A DNA stretch of 64,000 nucleotides, from assembly GCA_965205025.1 (NCBI GenBank), contig CBDBFU010000015.1:32001-96000 (forward strand), read 5' to 3'. Below are positions 45,821 to 56,857 of the stretch, in pieces (positions within the stretch are counted from its first letter, which is position 1; each line of letters begins with the position of its first letter). The notes below the pieces were generated by a model. It had not been told where the DNA came from. It ran no database searches and was given only the letters and a program-made list of their open reading frames with translations. Origin of the DNA: Candidatus Poribacteria bacterium (GTDB taxonomy: Bacteria > Poribacteria > WGA-4E > WGA-3G). The position numbers and the translations under genes were made by a program.

Positions 45821-46353
45821 TTTTGTTCACGTCTTACCTCTTCGAGTGCCTCCTCAAAGTCATGTATGACTTCATCTTCGGGTGTATCAGCAAATGCTTT
45901 ATTGAATCGAGCAGTAATATTGTCCCATTCCTTCTTTAACTGGTTTTGATTACTTTCAACACGAGCATGTATTTTAGATACAATTTCGTCCAGGTCTTCA
46001 TTTTCTGATGTAACATTTGAATGTTCTTGCGCGAAATATATTCTGTCAGCAAAATTATTTTGACTCACTACCTTTTTTATCTCATCCAACAGTTTTTGAT
46101 TTCTTGATTTTGGTTTTGCCGTATCAGTTACAAACACGATACAATCATCTTGTTTGAGGAAGTGCTGAATTGCTTGCTTTAGACTTTGGGGTGCTGGTGT
46201 TCCCATATTATGGCATTTATGGAATGCATTTCTTCCTGTAGTTTGAATTGCTAATTGACCTCGTTGAGTTGACTCTTGTAAACCATCTTTAAGATATTTA
46301 ACTGCGTTAGCATCTTGGTCAGATTCAAGGTTCCAGACTCTTATTCTAATCAT
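45817..46353 (-). CDS. Chimeric-looking protein: degenerate TOPRIM/DUF4276-like N-terminus plus antitoxin-like C-terminus
   Basis: IRVWNLESDQD and CIVFVTDTA, then KAFADTPEDEVIHDFEEALEEVRRE. Coupled to the upstream ATPase and the downstream PIN relic. Confidence 0.5.
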   Translation of the reverse strand: MIRIRVWNLESDQDANAVKYLKDGLQESTQRGQLAIQTTGRNAFHKCHNMGTPAPQSLKQAIQHFLKQDDCIVFVTDTAKPKSRNQKLLDEIKKVVSQNNFADRIYFAQEHSNVTSENEDLDEIVSKIHARVESNQNQLKKEWDNITARFNKAFADTPEDEVIHDFEEALEEVRREQK

Positions 46354-47564
46354 ACAGGTTCCTCCATTAGGTCTTGAAGTAATTGGCTATCGAAGATAGC
46401 ACTACCTATACCAAAGTCTGAAATCCATCCGTCAAGTCCTTCTCTATTATCACGAATATCTTCAAGATTGATGACTTCTGTTCCGAGACCTGGGCGATTT
46501 CTCAGGAGTAATACACCGAGTGAATCTGAGATATTGTCTGGATTAAAAGCGTCAAGTAGATGTGAACTATGTGTTGTGATAATGACTTGTGTTCGTTCTG
46601 ATAACTGCTTGAGTACATCTGCAATATTTTTCAAGGCACCAGGATGTAAACTTCGTTCAGGTTCTTCAATTGCAATGAGTGGTGGTAAATCAGGCAAATT
46701 GAGTAAAACGTAATATATCACGAGACGTATAGTTCCCTCAGATGCACTTAATAATGGAACTGGTCTCATATTCTTTTCTAATATACAAAATCTGTATTTT
46801 CCATTAATCTTGCAACGATCTATACGAAGTTTTAAACTGGATTCGAGAGATTCATTGACATTCCTGAATCGCTCAGGATCACTTTCAAACCAGCTTGAAA
46901 ACAACTCCGATATTGCTGTTCCAAAATCTCTGAGATTTGGTACGAAATCTAAATCTTCAAAATAATCAAGTTTAGGAATACCGTAGTTATCAATAGATAG
47001 TTTCATAGAATTTGGATGAAAATCATAAAACTTCCAATGCTTTATAAAGTTGGTTATTACACTTGTTATAGGATTGTTGCCAAATTCTGTAGATGCTAAT
47101 ACAGGTTTGTTTGAATTTAAGACAGTAGGATTAGTCCCAGATTCATCAAAAATAATTCCATTACCATTTACAACTTTTATTACTAAAGCATTATTAATCA
47201 ACAACCTTTCTATAATAACTGGATTATCAGATTTTATATCTAATACTAACTTGTAGTGAATAAGTCTATCTTCTACACTAAACATTAGTCTAAACTCACT
47301 ATAAGGTTTCTCTGGTTTTTCATCTATCTGATAAGTAAGCCTATTTATATCACCTAACCCAAAAAACCCTATTATGGATTTTATTTTTGATGGACTTCCT
47401 TTTTGCATCCAGTTAAAAAAGCGAAGTGTTTCTAAGCAATTTGATTTACCACTTGCATTGGGACCCACAAGAACTGTTAAAGGTTTGAGTGGAAGTGTGA
47501 CATTGCGCAAACTCAAGAAGTTTTTGATTTGTACTTTTTCTAAGATTGCTTCTTGCTCAGACAT
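46350..47564 (-). CDS. AAA_21/ABC-type ATPase of the defence-associated class
   Basis: IKNFLSL, VGPNASGKSN, ASEGT, IEEPERSLHP and QVIITTHS. Confidence 0.88.
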   Translation of the reverse strand: MSEQEAILEKVQIKNFLSLRNVTLPLKPLTVLVGPNASGKSNCLETLRFFNWMQKGSPSKIKSIIGFFGLGDINRLTYQIDEKPEKPYSEFRLMFSVEDRLIHYKLVLDIKSDNPVIIERLLINNALVIKVVNGNGIIFDESGTNPTVLNSNKPVLASTEFGNNPITSVITNFIKHWKFYDFHPNSMKLSIDNYGIPKLDYFEDLDFVPNLRDFGTAISELFSSWFESDPERFRNVNESLESSLKLRIDRCKINGKYRFCILEKNMRPVPLLSASEGTIRLVIYYVLLNLPDLPPLIAIEEPERSLHPGALKNIADVLKQLSERTQVIITTHSSHLLDAFNPDNISDSLGVLLLRNRPGLGTEVINLEDIRDNREGLDGWISDFGIGSAIFDSQLLQDLMEEPV

Positions 47565-48043
47565 GTTATATTCCTCAGTCCTATACCTTTAAAGACAATA
47601 GCGTTTTCTTTAATTGGTAATCAACAGAAAATGTATTGATTCTTGATAGCGTATGCCCTACTTGTCGTTATTATACAATCTGAAGTGCGGTATGTCAATT
47701 TGTTTCAGTTTACATGGGGTATGTAAGTTTTTGGCATGAATATCATACAACATTTGTGAATGGATACCAATACTTATCTAAACTCTTAATACTATACACG
47801 CTTAAAATTCTTACAAATATGGATATATATAATAATGTGGGATGTAAGGATAATGTGAATGGAAAAGTGTTAATATTTATTTTTCTGAGATGACTACACT
47901 TTCACGGAAACCTTCACGGAGCAATTCTACGAACCCTTATTCTATAAGGGTTTATAATTTTAATGACCCCATTCTCCGTGAATCACGCATGTTAAAATAC
48001 ATATAACTTAAGTGTAAACAAATAGATCTTTGGTTTTCAACTG

Positions 48044-48157
48044 ATACCATTTCTATAGATGTTTATCTCATGAATTGTTGTTAAGCATATCTTGAAATAC
48101 TGCACAAACTGGAAGTTTGTGCTACATTAAAGAGACTTTAATTATCGGAGATGGTAT
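48044..48157. mobile_element. MITE family A, diverged 114-bp copy
   Basis: ATACCATTTCTA-N9-ATCTC ... GCACAAACTGGAAGTTTGTGCTAC ... GAGAC-N9-CGGAGATGGTAT; the same length as 58387-58500. Confidence 0.8.
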
Positions 48158-48504
48158 AAGATGTATAAATAGAATATCATCTGGTGTTTTCATAGTGCAT
48201 ATTTGATATTGTTGAGTGTGAATATGCTTTTAAGGTAGTCTGGGACTGGGTTTATAGATGGTGTTATTGACTCATATATTTTCATAGTAACTATGAAAAT
48301 GTAATATACTTATTTCTTATTAAATTGTTGTAAAGTCAGTCCTACACAGGGTTTATAGGTTGTTTACGAGAGGGTTGGTGGAAGGAAGTAACTATGAAAA
48401 AATATGAAAGTTATATAACGAAATGTGAATGAATATATATTTATATGTTATATATCGTTTTTCTTTATGTTATTCCTAGTGTGTATAGAGAGTAGGTTTG
48501 GCTG

Positions 48505-49779
48505 TTATGATTCTGAAGATTCGTCTTGTAGTATTTGGGTATCAATATCAAGATTAGATACATCTATTTCTCCAGAGATGAGTTTTGGGAGGATTAGATC
48601 TCTGGCTTCCTGCAGATATTCATTCTTACTTGTTAGGTTCGCTATTTTTGAAGAAATTGGTTTTTCTAAATCCACATATCTATCAACAATAGCATAAGAC
48701 GGCTCCAAGAGTTTTATTTCTAATAGATCTGCCTTAGTTATTGCTTTAAAAATAGTACCACTACCCATGATATCTTCATTCTTAAATAGATGTTTTAGTT
48801 GCTGTAAGATGAATGACTGATTCCTATATTTACTTCTAATTGCTGAAATACCTCTACCAATCACAATCCTCTTATTTGCAATATTAATACGCCCAACAGG
48901 TGCACGTACACTAAAGAGTATATCACCATCTTCAGCAATTCTTTTCATTAACATACAATAGACTCTATCTACAGGAAAACGCGGACCAAAATTAGTAACA
49001 CCTTGATGAAATGGTAAACCTTCTCCAATATAATTATAATATTCAGATTTTGGAGACTGACCCATTATTACTTCGCACATATTCGCTAGATGTTTAACAT
49101 TCCATCCTTGTGGAATTGGACCTAATTCTGATTCTACCATAGGAATATTCTCATGTCCGGGGAAACGGAAATGGACGAACCATTCTCGGTAGAGTGTTTG
49201 TGCCATGTCTTCGAGTATTTTGATTCGGCGTGTGTTGTTTTCGATTAGGTCGTCGTAGGTGCTTAGGATTGCAGCGATTTTTCGTTGGGTTTGGAGGGGT
49301 GGAAGAGGAATTGGTAAATCCCGTAGATCCGGTTGACGTATTCCTAAGACTGTTGTACCTGTAGCCCGTAAATTCAACTCTTGTAAACAGATATGTGTGC
49401 TAAAGTAATAAAATAGAAATGATGGAATTATGTGTTTTGGATTTGCTCGGATACAGAATAGTCTTTGACTAAGACAGATTCTTCTGCTGTCAGGTATTAA
49501 ATAAGATTCACCTAAAGGTGCCTCGGATGTTAACAAAATGTCATTTTTTATTACTTCTGATTTCATCCACTTTTGGTACAAGTCTTCATCTACAAATTTA
49601 GCTTTTTCTAAATTTACCAATCTCCCATTTTTTATATTCATAGCAGATAGTGCGATAATTCCTGAATCTGACCATTCACCACCCAATTTTTTTGGGGTTT
49701 TTCCTCGGTAATCAATTATTTCTGTGATTAGATGGTCAAGTTTTTCTATTTTCCAATCAGTTGGTTTTGTGTTACCCAT
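48505..49779 (-). CDS. hsdS: Type I R-M specificity subunit
   Basis: Two TRDs separated by PLPPLQTQRKIAAILSTYDDLIENN...LYREWFV, and a C-terminal RDLILPKLISGE. Confidence 0.95.
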   Translation of the reverse strand: MGNTKPTDWKIEKLDHLITEIIDYRGKTPKKLGGEWSDSGIIALSAMNIKNGRLVNLEKAKFVDEDLYQKWMKSEVIKNDILLTSEAPLGESYLIPDSRRICLSQRLFCIRANPKHIIPSFLFYYFSTHICLQELNLRATGTTVLGIRQPDLRDLPIPLPPLQTQRKIAAILSTYDDLIENNTRRIKILEDMAQTLYREWFVHFRFPGHENIPMVESELGPIPQGWNVKHLANMCEVIMGQSPKSEYYNYIGEGLPFHQGVTNFGPRFPVDRVYCMLMKRIAEDGDILFSVRAPVGRINIANKRIVIGRGISAIRSKYRNQSFILQQLKHLFKNEDIMGSGTIFKAITKADLLEIKLLEPSYAIVDRYVDLEKPISSKIANLTSKNEYLQEARDLILPKLISGEIDVSNLDIDTQILQDESSES

Positions 49780-49849
49780 ATTGTTTCCTGATAAACTATA
49801 TGTAGGATTTTTAGTATTGATTCTTACACCTACACTTATTCTATATTAA

Positions 49850-50200
49850 CGACTTGTATCAGCTAACTAATTGTTTTTGTGTTTTTCACGGATTATATGT
49901 TTTGTGCTATAAACATTTCGTCCCTACGGGACTCATTTAGTTAATTGATCAGTTTTCTATAGACATTCCGTCCCTACCAAATCAAGGAATCAACGGTATG
50001 AATGCTATTTAGCATTCACCGGGTATGAATGCCATATGAAGATTAAAATAATAATTCGGTAATGTGTTAGAAATTCGAATCAACGGTATGAATGCTATTT
50101 AGCATTCCCCGTGGTTAGGAAACCGAACCTACCGAGTTTGGGAATATGGGAATTACCGAATTTAAAACTTAATCATCATTAGGCATTCCCCGGGACTCAT
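49850..50200. mobile_element. Inverted element D copy, interrupted by nested palindromes and element B
   Basis: Begins CGACTTGTATCAGCTAACT, a homolog of the D end. Repeat units lie at 49907-49933 and 49957-49977; the second resumes as GGGACTCA at about 50192. Confidence 0.75.
50036..50179. mobile_element. Element B (144 bp), second copy
   Basis: ATGAAGATTAA-N9-TCGGTAAT ... ATTACCGA-N9-TTAATCATCAT lies between GAATGCCAT and TAGGCATTC. Confidence 0.85.
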
Positions 50201-50481
50201 AATCTTTATATGATTGTTCCGGTTACACTTAAATCATAATGTAAGTGTATCAATTGAAAATGGTATTAGTAAGGTTTTTTTCGATTATTTCCTTGTATGA
50301 TGTGTTCCGAACTTAAAACCTATACAGTATAAATAATGTGTAGATAGATATTGTACATTAAGTAGGAATTCCATAAATAGAGACAGTTCCTTCATATCCA
50401 TTATTACTTTATCTCTTTGAGTTTATCATTCTGTGGCGAAAATAAAGGTTAATCGTTCTGCTACATTCAGATTTTAGCGTG

Positions 50482-50766
50482 CTAACGATTAGATCTCTTT
50501 AGCATTTTTTCATATTCGCTATGGGGACCGATCCAATTCCAAATAATCTTACCATCTTCTTCATATCCTAAAGCTCTGTAATCATTGGTAATTCGTATTG
50601 ACCAAAGATCAACAGAAACCTTTTTGAATTGAAGGGATGGATATAAAGGGTTTTCTTGTAAGACTTGGATTTGTTTCGCAGTACGTCTTTGTATATTTTG
50701 CGGAAGTTTTTGCACCAATCCCATAAAGTTCGGATTTCTGATATGCTCGAATTGTAAGTTATTCAT
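50482..50766 (-). CDS. RelE/ParE-like toxin
   Basis: KLPQNIQ...ENPLYPSLQFKKV...WSIRITNDYRALG...WNWIGPHSEY. Confidence 0.85.
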   Translation of the reverse strand: MNNLQFEHIRNPNFMGLVQKLPQNIQRRTAKQIQVLQENPLYPSLQFKKVSVDLWSIRITNDYRALGYEEDGKIIWNWIGPHSEYEKMLKRSNR

Positions 50767-50768
50767 AC

Positions 50769-51086
50769 CTACACAAACTTAGTACACCTACCAGCTTTGT
50801 AATCTTCGCGAGCCTTTTCAATAAGGTTATCAAGCCTACCTGCTTCCATATCTTCTTTGATCTGCTGATCCCACGCTTCTTCTTTGGCAATGAGGGTTTG
50901 CTCAATCATATCCGGCAATTTTTGTTGGACGGCTTCGGCAGTTTCCGCAGCGTATTCTATTTCGGGTAGTTCAGCGATTGTTCCCTCCCAACTCTTTCCG
51001 TTCTTTTGGATATATGCGGTATAGGTTTCATCGAACAGTTTATTATAGATATAATAAGTTATCATTCCTTCACCAGTAATGACCAT
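50769..51086 (-). CDS. Antitoxin with a HicB-like N-terminal fold
   Basis: YTAYIQKNGKSWEGTIAELP...ETAEAVQQKL (HicB-like) followed by AWDQQIKEDMEAGRLDNLIEKA; 2 bp upstream of the toxin. Confidence 0.7.
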   Translation of the reverse strand: MVITGEGMITYYIYNKLFDETYTAYIQKNGKSWEGTIAELPEIEYAAETAEAVQQKLPDMIEQTLIAKEEAWDQQIKEDMEAGRLDNLIEKAREDYKAGRCTKFV

Positions 51087-51256
51087 ATTATATATCTCCT
51101 TGATTGTAAAATAATTCTTTGGCTATAAGGGTGGTTTTTTGTTGTTAATGCGATAATTCAATGGTATAATGTTTGTCTTAAAATTATTTTTTAGTCGCTA
51201 CTCAAGCGCGTTTGGCACGGCTCATACCATCGTTAAAGTGTATTTTGCTGTATGTA

Positions 51257-51285
51257 ATACCATTTCTATTTGATTATATCTCATT
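51257..51285. repeat. Orphan left end of MITE family A
   Basis: ATACCATTTCTA-N9-ATCTCATT with no matching right end downstream. An orphan right end CAATTGAAAATGGTAT lies at about 50251-50265. Confidence 0.6.
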
Positions 51286-51360
51286 AATGATTGAGGAAAC
51301 TCCTAAATTCTCTTATCAGGGACTTTAAGATGAATTGCGTAAATCCTAAATATTATTACA

Positions 51361-52923
51361 TTATACGATATCTTCTAATATTATAGTAACATTTTCTGCA
51401 ATCTGTTCTTCGAGTTGGTGTGCTTCGGAGTTTAGGATTTCTAATTCTTCATTAAGTTCTTGGAATCTTTGTTGGAAATCGAAATCCTCTTCTTCTTGTG
51501 CGGCTACTCCGACATAACGTCCAGGATTAAGACTCCATCCTTGTGCTTCTATTTCATCTATCGTTGCAACTTTACATAGACCGGGAACATCTACATATTC
51601 ACCATTAGGGAAGTTGGTATCAAGGAGTTCAGTATTGTTATTTAGATTTTCAGGTGATTCCTCTCGGTATAACCTTGCTATATTACCCAGAAATTCTATA
51701 TGTAATGGTGTGAAGTCTCGATGTGCTTTTCTGACTTGTTGGTATATGTTTCGTGCATCAATGAATAAGACTCTATCTTGTCTGTCTGTCTTCTGTTTTG
51801 GTTTATCAAAAAACCAGAGGGTGCATGGAAGTGTGACGGTATAGAAGAAGTTTGAAGATATACTTATCATTACATCTACTACACCAGACTGTATGATCTG
51901 TTTTCTGATTTCTAATTCCGATGCGCGTGCATCTGCAGCGGAGTTTGCCATGACAAAGCCTGCGCGTCCATTTTTGTTTAGGGAACTCAGGAACAGTTGT
52001 ATCCAGATATAATTTGCATTATCCACTCTTGGCATACCGTAAGGAAATCGTGGGTCGTCTTTTATACGTTCCATGTCAACTCTGTCAACATTAAAAGGTG
52101 GATTCGCCATGACATAGTGGAATTTATTTAATGCCTTATGTGGATCTTCATAGTAGCTGCTGGCTTGCCTAATATCTCCTTCTTGACCGTGTACAGCAAG
52201 GTTCATTTTACAGAGTTTAATCGTTTCGGCAACGCGTTCCACACCATATATACTGATCTGTCCTTGGTTTCCGTTTTGATTGTGATTTCGAATGAAGTCT
52301 TCACTTTGTACGAACATACCTCCTGATCCGCATGCTGGATCGAGAATACGACCATGAAACGGTTGAAGAATTTCAACTATGAGTTTTACGAGTGAGGTAG
52401 GTGTAAAGAATTCACCACCGCGTTGTCCTTCGCTCATTGCAAAGTTGCCTAAGAAGTATTCATAGACTTTTCCGAAAGCGTCTCCTTCAATCTGCGGAAT
52501 TTGTTCCATGATTCGTAATAATTCAATAAGTGTGCTTTTTTCGAGTCGGTTGTATGTTTTGGGTAGGACTCCTTCTAACTGTTGGTTTTCAGCTTCAATT
52601 GCTTTCATGGCATCCGTAACTGCCTGTGCAATGTTTTCACTTTCGGGTAGATTCAGGAGATGTTCGAATCTGGCATTTTCAGGTAGGTAGAATGCGCCGC
52701 GCGCTTGGAATAATGTTCTTTCATTTATCTGTAGTATTCTACTACCAGAGGATTCCGAAGTGATTTCTTCTCTGACTTGATGAAATTTATGGTCTGCGTA
52801 TTTAAGGAAGATAAGACCAAGGACAGGAGTTGAATATTCAGACGATCTAAGGTTTGAATTTGCCCTAAGTTCATCTGCAGTATCCCATAATCTCTGTTCA
52901 ATTTCGGAAAGGTTTGTATTCAT
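51361..52923 (-). CDS. hsdM: Type I R-M methyltransferase subunit (m6A)
   Basis: [28 protein letters not shown] and LNPGRY. Start placed at MNTNLSE (52923), avoiding overlap with lptD. Confidence 0.96.
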   Translation of the reverse strand: MNTNLSEIEQRLWDTADELRANSNLRSSEYSTPVLGLIFLKYADHKFHQVREEITSESSGSRILQINERTLFQARGAFYLPENARFEHLLNLPESENIAQAVTDAMKAIEAENQQLEGVLPKTYNRLEKSTLIELLRIMEQIPQIEGDAFGKVYEYFLGNFAMSEGQRGGEFFTPTSLVKLIVEILQPFHGRILDPACGSGGMFVQSEDFIRNHNQNGNQGQISIYGVERVAETIKLCKMNLAVHGQEGDIRQASSYYEDPHKALNKFHYVMANPPFNVDRVDMERIKDDPRFPYGMPRVDNANYIWIQLFLSSLNKNGRAGFVMANSAADARASELEIRKQIIQSGVVDVMISISSNFFYTVTLPCTLWFFDKPKQKTDRQDRVLFIDARNIYQQVRKAHRDFTPLHIEFLGNIARLYREESPENLNNNTELLDTNFPNGEYVDVPGLCKVATIDEIEAQGWSLNPGRYVGVAAQEEEDFDFQQRFQELNEELEILNSEAHQLEEQIAENVTIILEDIV

Positions 52924-52933
52924 ATTATTTCCT

Positions 52934-55900
52934 TTAGAAGAAAGAGCGACCGAGTGAATTACCTGCACCAAATGAATTATATGGCACACCAGCGGGTAAT
53001 GTGTGGAGACCCCAAGTTTCGGTGGTAGCATCATATCCAACACCCATGGATACTGCGGGTTCTCCAATTAGGTTGACTTGGAATGTGAAGTCCTGACGAA
53101 CTGTGTCATAAGGGGGTTCACGTTTTATTCCGACACGGCTCCATGAGATTCGTAAGTTCCAATCGTGTAAATTACGGTTCATACTTATCCGCTGTGAGTA
53201 AAACTGTCTTTCAATTGGATAATAGATAAGATTGAAATCAAACTCCAGATTTGGGTTCACACGATATCGACCGTTTGCAGTCATAGAACGTGATGCCCGT
53301 AACGATGTGTGTCTTTTACTGAAAGAATTACCAAAACTAACGTACCATTTCTTTCTTGTGTAGCGAATGTTCGTTCGGATTCCAACCATTTTGAATTGTT
53401 TTCCATCTACAGGATGTGGATTTGGGTCATGTGTCATTCGAACAGTCATATTTAGATTACGACTTGGAAGCGGTACAATTGTGAAGTCACTGTCAATCGG
53501 TTCATATTTTCGTCTATATAAAGATTCAAATTCTGTGAAGTCTGCTGTAAGCCGGGTATCAAAATAAAAGATACGATGAGCAGATTCGCTCCTACGTGTT
53601 TTTATTTCAATATTCGTATTGAAATTATAAGTTAGTCTTTTACGTTCATAGAAGAAAGTACTGGGTCCAAAAGGATAGAGTATGCTTTCCTCATCGATTG
53701 CAGGTTGGTAATCGAAAGTGAGTGTTGATTGTAATTCATGTCGTAGTTTTCTTACACCTGGAATATAGTTGGTCTTGTATATACGAAATAGTGTATTCGT
53801 TGCTTGGGATCTGATACTATAAACCCCACGTATAATATTTCTATTCTTTTCTTGATCTTTATCGTGCCATATCATGTTTGTATTCAGTGTGGAACTGAAT
53901 TTAAGTTCCCGTAAAGGAGTAATTAATAAGGTTGATTGTTTACGCAGATCAAAACCTAAATCTAAGGTTTGTAGAAAAACGTCATTTTCTTCACCAAATT
54001 TACCACGATACTGTTGTCGATAGAAGTTCCCGAACTGAATGTCCATGTCAAAGCTTGTGTCTTCAAGAGTAGGAAATGCAAGTAATGATAGTATTGGTTT
54101 ATCACTTTTCAGTTTATCAGAAACGGAAACTAATCGGTCATTAACGTATTCGAAAACAGGTAATCTGTTGAATCGCATTCGTGAGAAATTCAGTGTGAAT
54201 TGCGGTAGTTTCTGTAGGGCGGTTGTACCTTCACCGGAGAAATCCTGTACATGTCGCACCTCAAGTCTTGACGTAATATCCCCGATTGTTTCTTCTGAAT
54301 ATGTGAGATTACCGTTTTTATCAATATCTCTGTCACTTGCTGTGGACAAAGCGGATCCGTATGTAAGGATACCAAAGGATCTGAGAGTAGATTCGTTGGG
54401 TAGTTGGAAGTTTTCTTTATACGAGAGAGCGCGCCAATCAGCTCTTCCAATAAAACTAATGGGTCGTCGTCCGTCTTTACGGCTATCCCAAGGGGTAAAG
54501 AAAGATTGTCTATGTCCCCATCGCATATTCCAACGTCTTCCAATTCTTGTAGCATCTTGTCTACTAAATGAGTATTCGTCAGCCCCGTAGAAATATATAT
54601 CTCCAATATAGCTGCGTTTCTTATCCACTTTAATGAGACGAAACGACTTTTTTGTTTTTATAACGCGGCTATATTCACCTGCATATAGACTTTGTGCTTC
54701 AGAAGCGACTTGTCTTGGATCCTCCCATTTACCCCTATATCCATGTTTCCTATATACTTCAATCTTTTCTTCTTCTTCACCTTCTTCAGTATTTTCTCCA
54801 ACTTTTAAGACTTCTTGTTCATGTTCGTCCATGTCATGAGTCGGTCCATCTTCAACTTGTTCATTTTGTGTATTCTCATCATCCTCACTTGTTATAGTGT
54901 CTGGTGAAATATCAGGTGTCAATTCAGTTTCATCTGTAATTTCTGTGTCGATTGATTCTTCAGGTGCTTTGTCCTTATCCTCTATCATTTTAGGATCTTT
55001 TTCCTCAGTTTTTCGTTCCTCATCTGTTGTTGCCAATACTTCTGCTTGGAAAGTTTCCCAGTTAGCTTCGAACTCTTCGGCTAATTCTTCAAAAGTTGGA
55101 GTTGCCTCCTTTTTTATTAGTTGAAAAATGTAATTTCCTTCATCAGAGAACACAGGACGATCTTCCGTAATATCTCCGGGGTTTTCCATTCGTCTAATAG
55201 AGTATTGCCATGACTGTTCCATTTCATTCAGTGGCATACCTTCCCCATCATTTATTTCTGACAAAACTGCTTCAGGATATTCTGCAGCAAGTTCTTCAAA
55301 GGATTCTCCAGCGATTGCCCTTTCATGAATTTTCTCACCTAAATCTCTGATGCTTTGTTGTGTTTCACTACTTGCTTCAATTGATATATCAATTCTATAG
55401 AGTTTAATTTCCCGTTCACCATAAACATCAAGGATCCGTCCGACTTTCAGGATATGAAAGGCGGATTCAGTTCTCAAGAGATTACTAACTTCTCCTTCGT
55501 TGAGAGAAAAAGCTGCTTCTTCTAATACGGGGTCAAGTAAAGGAGTTCCATCTTCGTCAGTTTCACCTCGTGCAAGGAATCCCATATCCCCACCATCGTA
55601 ACGGGTATCAGTATGATCTGATTCTCTTTGTGCAATAGCTTGGAAGTCTCCATCTTCTTCATTCAACTGGTCAATGATTTTTTCCGCTTCTTCTTTTGCT
55701 CGATTAGCATCTTCTTCAGTAATTGTATATTCTAAAAAGATTTGTTTTAACCAATATCTATCGTAATCCCCTTCAAGTCGATCATATATTTCATTTGCCT
55801 TCTCTTCTAACTTTGTTCGTTGTGCTGGCGTGGCGTCAGGTGGTAAAGGAATATGTATCTCTCTGAATTGTGTATCTCGAAATCTGTATTTTCCTTCAAA

Positions 55901-56857
55901 ACCATATCCTTGTCCTCTCCTTGCGCTCCTGTCGTAAATAAGTGCTGCATCATACCGTTGTTTTCTTGCCAACGGCAATACAATACCGATATTTGGTCCT
56001 TGGTAACTATCGGTTCCGACTCTAACGATGATTTTGGCTATTTTGCCTTTTCTTAGGTCGCGTCGAATTGCGGGAAAATAGAAGAGTGGTATACCACCGA
56101 TCCGTAGAACGATATTCTTTGCGATCATTTCTTGGTTCATACGGATAATGACTTCTGATACGCTAAAATGGTAGTGTGGATGTTTTAGTGAACAGGTTGT
56201 TAGACTGCCACCTTTTATATAAGATTTTTTGTCCTCAATTTTGAAGATTTCGCTCCCACCGAAATACCAAGGATCACTAAAAGTGTAGCCGTTTCGTGCA
56301 ATTCCCTTTTTCGTTTCAAGGTTAAAAACAAGCTCATCCGAGTATGTTTCCTCTTCACCGACTTTCAGATAAACATTCCCTGATGCACGCATAAGATTAT
56401 CATTAAAATCTGCCCACACATGATCTGCCCGTAGAATCACATTATCATGTTTTATGAGTGCATTTCCATGGATTTGAACGAGGTTATCCTGCAAGATTAC
56501 TTCGTCCCCATCTCCGATGACAGTATCCGCATCTGGTGTCATCGTCTCTGGATCCAATGCTTTTATAGGAGCAATATCAGCTGAATCAGTATCTTGCTCT
56601 TCTTCAGTGTCGGTCTTGGTATCGGATTCAGGTACGGTAGGTGGTGAATCTTGAGCAGCGATTGGATTGAATGTAGAAAAAACAGAAAGAATTAGAATAG
56701 AGAGAAAAAGGGATGTTAATATAACTCGTTTTTTTGAGTATTTCTTATTCCCAGAATCTATATTTTTTTCTGAATGATGTAAAGAAAGTAGGATAGTGGA
56801 CTTTCTTTTATTTTCTTTTTTCTTTTTCTTATAATTTTGCACAGATTTATGAATCAA
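52934..56857 (-). CDS. lptD: LptD-like LPS assembly protein with inserted parvulin (PPIase/SurA-like) domains
   Basis: OstA jellyroll (LRADHV...ASGNV), TTC...PHY and [10 protein letters not shown], barrel strands ([39 protein letters not shown]), and a parvulin insert ([11 protein letters not shown]...GGDMGF...[11 protein letters not shown]...FHILKV). Confidence 0.8.
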   Translation of the reverse strand: MIHKSVQNYKKKKKENKRKSTILLSLHHSEKNIDSGNKKYSKKRVILTSLFLSILILSVFSTFNPIAAQDSPPTVPESDTKTDTEEEQDTDSADIAPIKALDPETMTPDADTVIGDGDEVILQDNLVQIHGNALIKHDNVILRADHVWADFNDNLMRASGNVYLKVGEEETYSDELVFNLETKKGIARNGYTFSDPWYFGGSEIFKIEDKKSYIKGGSLTTCSLKHPHYHFSVSEVIIRMNQEMIAKNIVLRIGGIPLFYFPAIRRDLRKGKIAKIIVRVGTDSYQGPNIGIVLPLARKQRYDAALIYDRSARRGQGYGFEGKYRFRDTQFREIHIPLPPDATPAQRTKLEEKANEIYDRLEGDYDRYWLKQIFLEYTITEEDANRAKEEAEKIIDQLNEEDGDFQAIAQRESDHTDTRYDGGDMGFLARGETDEDGTPLLDPVLEEAAFSLNEGEVSNLLRTESAFHILKVGRILDVYGEREIKLYRIDISIEASSETQQSIRDLGEKIHERAIAGESFEELAAEYPEAVLSEINDGEGMPLNEMEQSWQYSIRRMENPGDITEDRPVFSDEGNYIFQLIKKEATPTFEELAEEFEANWETFQAEVLATTDEERKTEEKDPKMIEDKDKAPEESIDTEITDETELTPDISPDTITSEDDENTQNEQVEDGPTHDMDEHEQEVLKVGENTEEGEEEEKIEVYRKHGYRGKWEDPRQVASEAQSLYAGEYSRVIKTKKSFRLIKVDKKRSYIGDIYFYGADEYSFSRQDATRIGRRWNMRWGHRQSFFTPWDSRKDGRRPISFIGRADWRALSYKENFQLPNESTLRSFGILTYGSALSTASDRDIDKNGNLTYSEETIGDITSRLEVRHVQDFSGEGTTALQKLPQFTLNFSRMRFNRLPVFEYVNDRLVSVSDKLKSDKPILSLLAFPTLEDTSFDMDIQFGNFYRQQYRGKFGEENDVFLQTLDLGFDLRKQSTLLITPLRELKFSSTLNTNMIWHDKDQEKNRNIIRGVYSIRSQATNTLFRIYKTNYIPGVRKLRHELQSTLTFDYQPAIDEESILYPFGPSTFFYERKRLTYNFNTNIEIKTRRSESAHRIFYFDTRLTADFTEFESLYRRKYEPIDSDFTIVPLPSRNLNMTVRMTHDPNPHPVDGKQFKMVGIRTNIRYTRKKWYVSFGNSFSKRHTSLRASRSMTANGRYRVNPNLEFDFNLIYYPIERQFYSQRISMNRNLHDWNLRISWSRVGIKREPPYDTVRQDFTFQVNLIGEPAVSMGVGYDATTETWGLHTLPAGVPYNSFGAGNSLGRSFF

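Noticed and set aside
49803-51348. Possible composite element around the TA pair bounded by TAGGATTT / AAATCCTA
   Set aside because: The match is only 8 bp in AT-rich DNA with no TSD. The orphan A-type ends near 50265 and 51257 face away from the TA genes.
52924-53067. N-terminal extension of hsdM in the ORF track
   Set aside because: It overlaps the lptD 3' end; HsdM similarity begins at MNTNLSE (52923), behind an AAAGGA RBS.
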